The position numbers and the translations under genes were made by a program. Positions 12,949 to 24,584 of a DNA stretch of 64,000 nucleotides are shown one piece after another. A model generated the notes under the pieces. It saw only the letters and a list, made by a program, of their open reading frames with translations, ran no database searches and had not been told where the DNA came from. Source of the stretch: Sphyrna mokarran (Eukaryota); NCBI GenBank assembly GCA_024679065.1, contig JAGIQG010000040.1:8804001-8868000 (forward strand). Direction: 5' to 3'. Position 1 is the stretch's first letter; every line of letters starts with the position of its first letter.

Positions 12949-13179
12949 CAGTTCAATATCCCAAACAGAGATGCAGTGACACAGTAACAGTTCAATGTTC
13001 CGAGCAGAATGCAGTGACACAGTAACAGTTCAATGTCCTGAACAGAGATGCAGTGAAACAGTAACAGTTCAATGTCTCTAACGGAGATGCAGTGACACAG
13101 GAACAGTTCAATGTCTCGAGCAGAATGCAGTGACACAGCAACAGTTCAATGTCTCGAGCAGAAAGCAGTGACACAGTAA
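12949..13179. repeat. Minisatellite, about 40-41 bp unit, about 6 copies, in the J-C intron
   Basis: Consensus CAGAGATGCAGTGACACAGTAACAGTTCAATGTCTCGAG. Confidence 0.95.
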
Positions 13180-16156
13180 GAATTAAACACACCAAGAAAC
13201 CGTTACATAGAAAATCATTAACGGATTCGAGTTAATTTCTTAATTAAGTGTAATCAACAAAATAATCAAGGCAAAATACTTTATCAAGCTGACTATGGCT
13301 GAGTAAATAAATGTACTGTTTCAGAATTAATTTTTAATACAATTAAATACTCTAAAACGGATAATATTTTGCATGTCGGTGTAATATTCAAGGTCTTTAA
13401 TTTTGTATTAATCAGCACCAATATTATATCCAAAATTATTGTTCATTGCTAATTAGCTTTCCCTTGAGCTGAATTTTTTTCTCTGTGTAATAAAATGAGT
13501 TTTCAGTCATCCAAAATATGTTCCTACCTCCAAAATTTTTAAATAATTTGGGAACAATTCAATCTTAGACAATGTTAAATAATAATTACAAATTACTGAA
13601 TGGAAACATTCAGAAATCTGTCATTCATTCACTTAAATCTAATCACATTGTAATATTTCATTTTTACTACAAGTGATTTACCATAACGTACAAAGGTCAT
13701 AAAAATACATACTTCTGAGTTTGTCTAGACTGTAATGGCCTGGCCGTTATTTGAAACCATAATACTGCTTCCCAGATTTAGTAATTTAGAGAATTCATAT
13801 AACTTTTAGACTGAACACATTGTTTAATTAAATAAGATCTGAATTAAACAGTGCCACACAAAGAAGACAATTGATTCAATCCTCTATAGCACTAAAACAT
13901 GATGCAGAAATAAATCCAGACTTTTTCTTCATGGTAATATTTAATAAGAATTTAACATAAGTTTCAGATAGAATCATTTGTTCTATTCTGTCATCTATTC
14001 TTCCCATAATTCTACACTTGTTCAGCAGTAATGGGAGACATAATATTATACTATTACTATAGTATTTATTTTATAATTTTTTATATTAAATAATCTTTTT
14101 TGAATTTCAAACATTAACTTGTAAATCTCCAGCGCGTTTCTGTTGACACTTTACTACAACACAAACACAATTATATGAACAACTACTTGAGTGTCAGCGA
14201 ATTCCATCTGTCAGAAAATTCTGTTCGCTCTGTCGAATTTATTTAAACTGTTTGATTCTAATTGGCCAAAAGTCAAATTGCAACAACAAAATAATCAGTA
14301 AAAATTTTAAATTAACCTGATGATCATTTTAAAATTCCTTTTGCCTTTCAACAATTTTCCCTGTCAGCCTCAAATCCCAAAAGCTAGGCAAAAATGTATT
14401 TTTTTCTGAAAATGAATACATAAAATATAACAGAAACTTGGTAGTGTGATGTCTCTAACAGAGATACAATGACATTGAGAATTGCAATTCGTGATTTATT
14501 TAAAAGTTCAAGTCTGAGTTAACACGAATAAAAGCTGTAGAACAATGTTTGGTGAATATGGAGTTATATTAACGATCAATAATTGTTTGATTTATTTTAT
14601 GATTGAAATTGTTATTGAGAAGTTTGTAAATGCAGAAACGATTTAGTGTCGAAATGAACTTTGTAAGTCATGATTTATTTAAATCTGTAAACATTAGTTA
14701 AAGTTTATAAAATTGTGATATTTTTATTCCATTTTTTCGCAAAACCTGTCTGTTTTCTACGACATGGATTTTCAAACTTATAAATTCTTTGCATGCAACC
14801 AGAAAACGTGTAACCGCTCAATGCCACCGAGTTTAAACAATGCAGCAACAATGTCGAAATATCAAATCACTTCGCAAATTTTAAATTTTCAATGTGGCCG
14901 AACCACAGAACCTCCTGAACAGAAACACACCAAAGCACATCACTGAGAGAATGATTCCGTTTCTTAAGAAACAGGTGAAGTATTCATTCAAAATAATCAA
15001 ATGCAACACAATCTCAATATCGAATACAGCAAAACAGCTCGTCACCAAATGTATGAATTATTAAAAAAAAACAGAATCCGGAATAATAGCAATAGCATAA
15101 TGAAGAGATAGAATATATCGAAGAAATTAATATGGAAACTTTACCGCATTTATTTCACATTGGATCGTATTTAAAACATATTATTTAAACTGTGGATGAT
15201 AAAAGCTGCAACAATCACTGAGATTAAACATTGCAGGTAACCCAAATAGTGAATGCAGTGGCAAACTATATTCTGAACAAACGGCGTAAACTGTGATTTA
15301 GTTCCACCTGCAATTATCGATTATGCTTTTCAAAAATACCAACGGGATTAAGCCTGCCTGATTTCAACCTATTATCATGCGTCAAGCAGTTTCAGACGCG
15401 AAGGCTGTTTGTATTCAATCACAAAGGGTACAACGGCACAGTGTCACAGAGTTTTAATATTGCAGAATCGCAAAACCATTTCAAACATTTTACTTATTCA
15501 AAGTCTCTCAGATCCACAATCTTCTCAACAGAGAGAAAAAAATGCATTACTAAACCCCGCTTCATGCAGGAGCAGCTCAATTCTACAAACATTTCCAACA
15601 GAATCAAATGTAATATTGACAGAAAATCTCAAACTTAATTCCAGCCAATCCAACTCATCACAAACTAATCAATAATTAAAATGAACAGAAATATGTCAGA
15701 ACCACGTCAGCATTGCGAGTAAGCGGAATATGATCACACAATTAATACAGAATATTTAGCACATTTTGTCAATATTGGGTTATGTTGTAAATGTGTGTGC
15801 AATAGCTGGTACAAACCGCAGCCAGATGTCACCGCGTTTATACGTTGCAGTAACGTCGAACTGTTTAACAAAAGTTAGACAGTAACTTTGAAACTAAATC
15901 AGCCACACAATACCTTCAGCAATAAACACCAAAATACAACAACCAAGGATTGAGTTCCTTAACATCACCTTTTGCCCTTTAGTGGCAGAATTGTATAACC
16001 CCCATATTAAGCAGAATCACATGAAACATGGTTAAGATTTTTAGCACAACATTCACCAAATCTCATTTCAGTGAACGAATGAATTAATAAAATCGACAAA
16101 AAACATAAAACAAAAGCTCAAATAAAATCGTCACTAAATAATTGCGTGGTGCTTAC

Positions 16157-16234
16157 CTGCAGTCACCGTCACCATGGTCCCTTGTCCCCACTTGTCACAG
16201 TGTCACATTCGCTTGGCTGGGTCAGACAATAATT
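16157..16234 (-). other. JH segment (coding 16157-16195, xKWGQGTMVTVTA) with 23-RSS (16196-16234)
   Basis: WGQG motif, phase-1 donor G|GTAAGC, and RSS CACAGTG-23-ACAATAATT read on the plus strand. Confidence 0.95.
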
Positions 16235-16560
16235 GGCCCTGCAAAACATAGACAGAAAAACTACCATTATTTTAAATATTCACAAACCAGAGGAAAAGCA
16301 AAGTCAATTACCATTCATGAAATTATTATTGTAGTTGTGGATACGGTTCGGTCTACATAAATAACATTAATATTCTATATTTCACAGAGTATCACATGAA
16401 CGTGTTTTTGGAAACAGCAAATCATAATTCAATAGTTTTCATAACTTTTCCCATTTGATTCTCGTTATTGTGCAGTGCTGGACACAAATAATACAGCATT
16501 GTAAATAATGTTGGATTATAAAACAGAGCACGGACCCATACTCGGTCAATTAGCGCTGAG

Positions 16561-16629
16561 GGTTTTTGTATTGAGAGTAACTGTTGTGCTACCCTTGTTA
16601 TCACAGTGAGATACAGCATGACAGATACT
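16561..16629 (-). other. DH2 segment (coding 16589-16601, ATAACAAGGGTAG) with 12/12 RSS
   Basis: Plus strand GGTTTTTGT-12-TGTTGTG-[13 nt]-CACAGTG-12-ACAGATACT. The J-side heptamer reads CACAACA (non-consensus, CAC retained). Confidence 0.9.
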
Positions 16630-16943
16630 GTGCCTGATTGCTATCTGTAAAATACAGAGATTTAATTTCACTGCTCTCTCAGAAATTTCCTGCCTCTTCT
16701 AAGAGTGAATGAGTGAGATATTGTAACTTGTCCTAGTCATTATATTTACAAAGTGCGTCGGAATACTGTTAAACCCTCTATTTAGATTTGGCATCTCGTT
16801 CAACCCAGATTTTACAGTATTTAAGATTTCTATACTTTTTCACAAACAGGCAATACTTCTACACATTATTTCATTGAAGCCTTGTTTACTTTGAAAATCC
16901 TGCTGTAGCACTGATCACCAATTTGAACAATCTCCTTCTCTGA

Positions 16944-17022
16944 GGTTTTTGTATGAGGCTGTCTCTGTACTCAGCACTGTGATCCCCATAGTATCACAGT
17001 GACACACAGCCGCACAAAAACT
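16944..17022 (-). other. DH1 segment (coding 16982-16994, ATACTATGGGGAT) with 12-RSS on V side and 22-RSS on J side
   Basis: Plus strand GGTTTTTGT-22-CACTGTG-[13 nt]-CACAGTG-12-ACAAAAACT. The 12/22 layout is typical of shark D1. All three frames are open (ILWG, YYGD, TMG). Confidence 0.96.
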
Positions 17023-17374
17023 GCACTTACTCTCTGTTCAATTCTGCCGCTCAAAATCTACTTCGAATATTCCTGATGTTATTTACAATTTATGCAATAG
17101 TTTACAAAGCGCAATCTCGAAACGTCTCCTCCAAGTATCAGAAATATTAAAACTATCATTATATCCAGGCCTGTAATTGCTGAATCTGTTAGCAGTGAAT
17201 ATACGCAGAGTGAAAGGCACCATTATTTCTGTGTATTTGCTCGGTTTAATGTTTAATTTTCTCTAAGTTTGTCAGAAGCGGTTTGCGTTTTGATTCTGAT
17301 CAGCGTTGTTAATATATTTAAAACAGGTAGTTACCTTCAGATTATGATGAAAGTTGCTGAATTCCCTCTTGAGC

Positions 17375-17413
17375 TGTTCTTGTTTGGGTCCAGCCCTGGT
17401 TCCTCTCACTGTG
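17375..17413 (-). promoter_or_regulatory. VH 23-RSS
   Basis: CACAGTG, 23 nt spacer, ACAAGAACA. Confidence 0.95.
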
Positions 17414-17718
17414 CCCTGCTGCACAGTAATAGATGGCGGTATCTTCAATCCTCAGACCGGTTATGTCCAAAGCGAAGATATTATTTGAAAGGTCTTTGGA
17501 TGGAGTAAATCGGCCCTGAATCCCTGGGGCGTAATTATTGCTCGATGAACTTTGGTACTCCAGGAGCCATTCGAGCCCCTGTCCTGGAACCTGTCGGATC
17601 CATTGCATCCAGTAGCTGCCAAGATTAAAGCCGCTGGTTCTACAGGTCAGTTTCAGGGATCGTCCGGGACGCACGGTCTCTGCCGCTGGCTGGGTCAACA
17701 CAACCTCCGACTGGACAC
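17414..17718 (-). CDS. Shark IgM VH gene segment, germline/unrearranged, open frame
   Basis: Acceptor tttacAG. Translation [102 protein letters not shown] has the canonical Cys, Trp and YYC, and ends at an RSS. Confidence 0.98.
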
Positions 17719-17848
17719 CTGTAAATATAGATCAAAAACCCAGAGGGTTATTCGCGATGCATTGATTTCTGACTCTGAAACATTCCAGAGATAAACTAAC
17801 GTTGAGACAGTAACAGTGAGAGACTTCGTCAATAAATAAACTGCTCAC

Positions 17849-17894
17849 CAAATAAGAAGCTCAGCAACAAACTGAGAGAAATCGCCAACCTCAT
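17849..17894 (-). CDS. IgM heavy chain leader exon (MRLAISLSLLLSFLF + G)
   Basis: ATG at 17894, hydrophobic signal peptide, 46 nt, phase-1 donor G|GTGAGC. It splices in frame to the VH exon ([11 protein letters not shown]). Confidence 0.95.
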
Positions 17895-17983
17895 CTTTCT
17901 GGTGATTTGGGGGAAATGGTTGTGTCAGGAACTCAGTGAACAAACCAGCTCCCGGACTGTTGGATTCCGGTCCCAGTGAGCAG

Positions 17984-18066
17984 TATTTAAATACCCAGCA
18001 GAAGGAGGCGGCTTTCCAGGCGCCGCCTGTTGATTCCATGCTGGAGGCGGCGCCTGGATCCACGTC
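17984..18066 (-). promoter_or_regulatory. VH proximal promoter: TATA-like box and GC-rich inverted repeat, no proximal octamer seen
   Basis: TATTTAAATA at 17984-17993, about 90 nt 5' of the ATG. Perfect 14-bp inverted repeat at 18015-18028/18045-18058. Confidence 0.7.
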
Positions 18067-18289
18067 CCACCTTCCACACCCCCAACAGAATGAACTCCGA
18101 GATTTACAATATATTTGCTTGGCTGAATCTGCTCATTGTATTGTCTCCATTATCAATGATGGTGATATTACAGTTCAGCATTCCTTGATTTAAAAATCTA
18201 ATTCCATTATAAGTGTGATGATGTTATTACCACGCACCTAACAAGAAAACGAATCTAAATATGATTAAACAACATTTTCAGAAAAGTAA

Positions 18290-20520
18290 AAAAGACCGTC
18301 AGTCAGTTTTGCAACAATTGCTGGTCTCTGTCACATTACAATAATAAAGCAACATTTAACAAATGAATTGTTATCGATTTCAGTAACTAAATGCAGGGGA
18401 TGAACAAAGTGATTCGAGTTGCAGTGTGGATGGCTATCACTGTACAATTTGAATTTGGAGATGAGAAGAAACTCTCACACAATACAGTGTTTCTCCTTAT
18501 ATTTGTCAAACTGTCCCAATCTCGAAGTCAGTTCTTTGAAAATAACAGGACTCCCGGCCTCCTGATAATTAAATAGTGAGTTGACAGAGAAACATGGAAT
18601 TAAATCGGCATTTGACAGAGATGTTAATGAATCGGAACGGGCACGGACATCACTAAAGTTCTCTTTCAGCATCTAAATCATTGCAGCTCTCTCTATTGCC
18701 ATCGGCTGTCTAACATTCGTTAGTATTGTGAACACAGGATATTAGGTCTTTGCAGCGCATTGCACTGTATCACAAGACAATGTTTTATTTTCCATTGAAT
18801 CAGGTTATGAGCTGATCATTTTTCCACTCATTGGCAACCATGAGAAGAACTCTTCGATAACAGAAATCCGATCATACTGTACAATAGATACATTTTTGCA
18901 TTGTTCTGATCTCAATTGGCAGAATTTGGAGGATCAACATCTCTCGCATTTCATGAAGTCGTTAATAAACAGAATTTTATTATTGGAGGGGCAATTACTT
19001 GAAAGTTATACAAATGTAAAAAAAAATCCGGTCACTTTGTTGTTTTGCGATATTATTTATTCACATAATGAACAGGACATTGAATGAAAATATTTGATGA
19101 GAATGATTACGATTTAAAATGTGTCTTTCTTCTGGGAACGAAACATTAATTGTTCAAATAGCTGAATCCCATTTTGTCTGTTCAGGTTCGCGCTAATCTG
19201 TCCCACACAGTATTTGGCAGCAATCCAGGCTGCTGTCAAATACTCAAAGTTATTGACAGGAAGCATCTGGGGGTGTTTATGCAGTAGATCAAAGATCTGC
19301 TTCCTCATTACTGACCGCTTGGCTGCAAGCCAACTTAAAACCTTTCACGTTATCAATGAGGTCTATTTATAAACAAATCTACCTAGGAACAATACTGGAG
19401 GCACTTTAATTTTTAAAAGTTGTAAATGTAGATGATTTTTCCCATCTCTATCGAAAGGAAAGTAATGCAGCTCTGGCACCCTGTCAGCAACAAGAATGAT
19501 TTTCCCAACACATGAGGATATTGTGATGGATGGATAGAAATAATTAAAGGCAAACTAAGAGATGTATGAGAGAGACAATACATGAACATATATGTTTGTA
19601 TTTTCTTTCCATTTACCTTTTCATGGGATGTTTGGTTGGAAAGACCAGCACTTTTTGCCTGTCCCAAATTCCCTTGAATTGACTGGTTTTCTAGGCCACT
19701 ACTGAAGATATTAAAGAGTCAGCTATTTCGCTGTCTGCCTGGCATTTTTGTGTAGCGATGACAGATTTCCTCCATTGGGAAATCAGAGAGGTTCCAATAG
19801 TCGCCATTAGTATCCATTTCTGATTTATTAATTGAATTGAAATTCCACCAGCTGCAATGCTCCGATTTAAATCCCTGTTCTTACACCATCGCCCTGGGCC
19901 TCTGGGTCATTGAATTAATTAAATTAATATGAAGTCACAATCTACGCAAATAATAAATGTATTACTGTGTTGATGCAGGAATGAATTATATTGGAATGAA
20001 TGACGTTTGGATGAATGACAATTTAATGCCTGAATATTTTGATTGAGGAATCAATGAATGGATTCTTAGCAGCAGTAATAAATGGCATTGAAAAATGCTC
20101 TTCTATATTCCCATATTTGTGCTTGATTATTACATAAATTGAATCAGCTCTTTATTCCATTGCTGTCAGCTTCAATTCTTCCAGACTGTCTGGGTGAAAT
20201 CCATCCTGAGTTTATCAGGAATTAGCAAGCTGATGCTTACGGAGAGAAGAACGAAACATTCCCATGGCTCGGATGGTTCATTTCTCTGCTGATTCTGAAC
20301 TTTCATATCCAAGATAAAAAGAGTGAAGATAACTGGTTTGAGGAAGGAGGATTGTAATATTTGAAATATGTGTTTTTTCACATACAGCAAATCACTCAAT
20401 ATGCCCTCACTCAAATTAGTGGAAGTAACAGGATGAAAAACAAACAAGGTAGCAACAGAAATATTGTGAGACTCACTGGACAATTACAAGTGTTACATTA
20501 CTTCCCAAAACATCTAATAG
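18290..20520. repeat. VH 5' flank, copy 1 of a diverged segmental duplication
   Basis: Colinear with 26020-28800, e.g. GGCTGCAAGCCA..CTATTTATAAACAAATCT..TACTGGAGGCA at about 19320-19403 and 27669-27750. Confidence 0.85.
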
Positions 20521-21056
20521 TATCTGTGGAGCCAGAATACAGCCAACGTCTGGAGTCTGGGTGACGCTTCGGCAGAGTATTCCTGATGCGGTGTAGAGCA
20601 CGTCATTGTTTCTGACAAGGTGTCAGAGAAGATGCATAACTTTTCTGTGAGATAGGAATAGTTTACGTAGTTACTGGTTGATGATGATATACACCATTTC
20701 GAACCACATACAAGTTACATCAATTCACATACCAATCCCAAATATCATAATCAACTTTTCCATCCTAACTAACCTAATCAACGTTTCAATCACTATTAAT
20801 ATCTGAAAAAAAACTTCCAAATCCCTATTCACCCTCATCATTTCCAAATTTAAACCTCCTCTTCAAATTTCTCCAAATATACAACCAAAGATCTTCCTGA
20901 CTCAAAACTTTGGCTCTATTCTCTCTACACAGATGTAAGACATGTTGAGATTTTCCAGAATTTCGGACTCCTCAGGTGTTGACACAGTCTGCGTCCATTT
21001 GAAGCAAGACTGAGAAAACATTCAGTCTTGGGCTAATGAGTGCCAAGTAACATTAA

Positions 21057-21435
21057 TGATGTAGAGATGCCGGCGTTTGACTGGGGTAAACACAGTAGGA
21101 GGTCTGACAACATCAGGTTTAAATCCAACCGGTTTATTTGATAGTAAACTTACAAGCTTTCGACCCTGTGGTCTTCGTCAGGTGAAAGAGGGGATCTGGC
21201 CCACAACAGCACTCATAACAGCACTGACTGTTTACAGATTACTGATTAGAATGTGAATCTTTACACCTAACCTGCTATTCAAGTCTTAAAGTGGCTAACA
21301 ATATGAGTGGAAGGAGCACTGAGCACAGGTTAAAGAGATGTGTATTGTCTCCAGACAGCGCAGAAAGTGAGGTTTTTTGCTAACCCAGGCAAGTCACGGG
21401 GGTTACAGATAGTGTGACATAAAGCCAAGGTCCCT
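21057..21435 (-). mobile_element. Penelope-like terminal repeat with minimal hammerhead core
   Basis: Minus strand CTGACGA-A-GACC-ACAG-GGTC-GAAA-GCTTGTAAGTTT. Confidence 0.8.
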
Positions 21436-22989
21436 GTTTATATTACTCCCTAGACATTCTCTATGGATACGTAATATTCGATACTGACCCTGTATATACT
21501 TCAGTAGAATGTGTCAGTGTTATTCCTGCACTTAAATGAGGCTCTATTTGAATTATGTCTCTGTTATGACAAAGTTCTGCGAGAAGAAGAGGTAATATGT
21601 TGGGATAAACATATTGCTATCGGGCAAGATCCAGAGTCGGGCAGCACTGTTTCGACCGTATTTGGTTGGTGCAATCATGGAGGGCTGACGGGCCTTTTCC
21701 TGTGCTGTAATTGTCTTTGATTTTTATTTCTTTTTGACAGTGCATTCTACACAGGGATTGGTATCCATTTTCAGTGCAGTCAGCAGAAGTAAATTTCAGA
21801 TATTCCTTCTTCTTTTCCAGCGCCCAAAATCTCACAGAGTTTGCACATGCAGAAGGAAGCAGAGAATTGTGTAATTCCAGCCAGTTTTATCACTACTGGC
21901 CTTGACCAATGCAATGAAAACTGAGGCCGAGTCCAGTACAATATAAATGTGGACATGGTCAAATGAAGAAGTCAAACTGCATCTAGTTTGATACAAACAG
22001 AGAAAGATCTAAATTAATATAAACAGAGGCAACGTCTCGCTTTACATAAACAGAAACACGGTAACGTACAACATTAAGAAGGACAGCCTATAACTTAGTA
22101 TAAACAGATAAAAAATTCAGTTTAATATGAGTAGAGACAGGCAATATGAAATTCTACGTGCAATATAAAAAGAGTTAGAGTCTAGTGAAAAATAAAGAAA
22201 GACATGGCCTCATAATATAAGGTGACACAGGGTAAATTTCCTGTAATGTAAAGAGAATTTCAATTCTCATGAAATTTGCAGAGAAGGCCTACTGTCCTAT
22301 CAAAAACTTCCAGGACAGGAGTAACATGGTGTTAGCTGCAGAATGCAAAGTTCTCTCTGCATTGCCAAATTAAACACATTTAAGCCTGAAATAGCATGAA
22401 TTAGATTCAAAATGAATCTCCCTCTCATTCCAAGAACAGTATACTGTCTAGAAACAGAGTGAAATTCCCTCTACAACGTCTGCTCAAACAAAATGAAGGC
22501 AGAAAGAGAATAGATTCTCTTCTACGTAAAACCTCTCCTGCACTCTTCCTTTCGATATTCGGGAGGCAGATGCTAGGTACAGGGGAAAGATTGTCTACAC
22601 AGTTCCATAAAACACACCCAGGTCAGGTACAGCAGAGATTAGATACGGATTAAATTTTGATATCGATAAAGTCATGTCAAACTTTAGGCGGGTACAGTGA
22701 GTTTAAATGCAGAGTAAATATTCCTCGACACTGTCCAGTCAAATACTCCAAGGATAGGGGCAACACCTGCTAAATGTAAGGAAAAATCCTTGGTGCTGCC
22801 AGATCGAATCCTTATCACGAGCTACAGCCGAGGTTAGATGCAGAAGAAAATGTAGCAAGAACTTCAATTCATAGAATGTTCCAGAGACTTTTTTTAGAGT
22901 AAATCTCATTACCCATCCCAATTTATTGCATTACATTTTTTAAGAAGCTATAACTCTGGCTGAGAGAATACATTGGACTGACATTGACT

Positions 22990-23700
22990 TTATGCTGTGG
23001 AATGAAGACCATAAGCCGTCGTGGAGAGACAAGACACAGAACCAGACAGGAGAAAGATAGAGAAAGATGAAACACAGGAAATTCCCACATACACATTTGC
23101 CGTGTCATTATATTTCGGGGTCAGAGGGATTATTTCCTAATTTTGAACATAGATATCATATAATGTTTTTCCTCACATAACAGATGAATAAATAATGTTG
23201 AAAAATAATCATTACTGGAATCTGTTGATTGATTTGCATGGTTGTCTCTATTTCTGTGCTGCATTGGTGGGGAAATATTTGTTGTGTTTTTGTCAGTCAA
23301 CAATCTAATCTAGAATTTCTATTTTTGTATTTATTTACATAAATATCTCACTGATTACAATGAAATGTTCATGACAGCAAAACCAGTTAAACCGCCACTT
23401 TTTGATCAGTTTCAACTTAAAATATGGTTTATTTTAAGAATATTAACAGTTGGTTCAAAATGAATGGAAACTTTTTCAACATTCATTACACCAGTTGCAT
23501 TTAAAAAGATGATACATTCCATTTCAAAATTAGTTCTGAAAGTTCTGATGTCACAATTAATAAAGTCACCTTGAACAGGCAGATATTCCACTGAATGTTA
23601 ATTTGATTGAGAATTTAATCTGTTTAAACCGGACAAGTTAATTTTTTAAAAAAATCTGATGACTGAAGTACTCCTATCACACACTCACACGACAGAAGAA
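22990..23700. promoter_or_regulatory. Conserved non-coding module with octamer ATTTGCAT (23232-23239), copy 1
   Basis: Colinear reverse-complement match to 63240-64000, with the highest identity around the octamer. Confidence 0.6.
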
Positions 23701-24254
23701 TAAAAAATCCAATATGGTTATCACTAAGATAATTGACCATAACTTTGCGATTTTGTTACAAAAATGAGGATTTGTGTAGAACATCGAGCACAACAGCCTT
23801 GCTCTTTGTATTTATATCAAGAGATTTTGCATCCTGGCATCGACGTTAAATGTGAATCTGGTTCTCTCTTTGGTGATGCCCATTGAGCTGCCGAGTAGTG
23901 TTTTTTATTGTTTTTTTTGATTTTTGGAATCTACAGCACTTTGCTCTGTTTTCATTGATCTTCTGGATGTGAGCATCACAGACAAAGCCAACATTATTTA
24001 TCCCTGCTGAAAAGGCGATTGTGAACTACCCTGGTGAAACTTGCCCTCCAGATGATTTTATTGTTTGACTCTCCATAAAAACTGGATGGCTTGCTCGGCA
24101 ATTTCAGTGATGGTGAATTTCATCACAGTGGAGCTGGAGTCTATGTGGGCCAGACAGGGTGAAAATGGGAATCTTCGGTTCTCGTGCGATTTCTAAATAA
24201 CAGTGTTGTTTGAAGTATAAAAGTAAATTACTGTGTATTCTGGAATTGAAAGCA

Positions 24255-24447
24255 AAAGAAAAAAGAAATACTGGAAAATCTCAGCAGGCCTGGTAATGTC
24301 TGTAAGGAGAAAAAAGAGCTGCCGTTTCGAGTCCAGATGGACTTTTGATAAACCTTTAATGAAGGGTCTTTGGACTCGAAAATTCAGCTCTTCTCTCTCC
24401 TTACAGATACTGCCAGACTTGCTGAGATTTTCCAGCATTTTCTCTTT
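24255..24447. mobile_element. Fold-back (palindromic) Penelope-type remnant, second family
   Basis: Arms of about 80 bp, CTGGAAAATCTCAGCA..TTTCGAGTCCA / TGGACTCGAAA..TGCTGAGATTTTCCAG. Single-arm relics occur at about 20890, 23860 and 25775. Confidence 0.75.
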
Positions 24448-24584
24448 ACGATGTTTTACGTGTCTTTGGGCGGAGTGAATTGATTCTGAATCTCTGGGAC
24501 GAAAAAATTTTTAGGTTGATCCAAGACTGTTGTACTGAAGAAGATATTATAAACAATGTCCAGGGAGCTGTGGGACCCAGGCTA

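Noticed and set aside
12949-13179. CRISPR-like array or RSS array
   Set aside because: The units are contiguous tandem repeats with no unique spacers and no nonamers, in a eukaryotic context.
16204-16210. Alternative JH heptamer GAATGTG giving a longer HCDKW J
   Set aside because: It has no nonamer at 22-23 nt, whereas the perfect CACAGTG at 16196 has ACAATAATT at exactly 23.
23284-23292. Nonamer-like TGTTTTTGT in the octamer module as a D/J relic
   Set aside because: No heptamer at 12 or 22/23 spacing in either copy.
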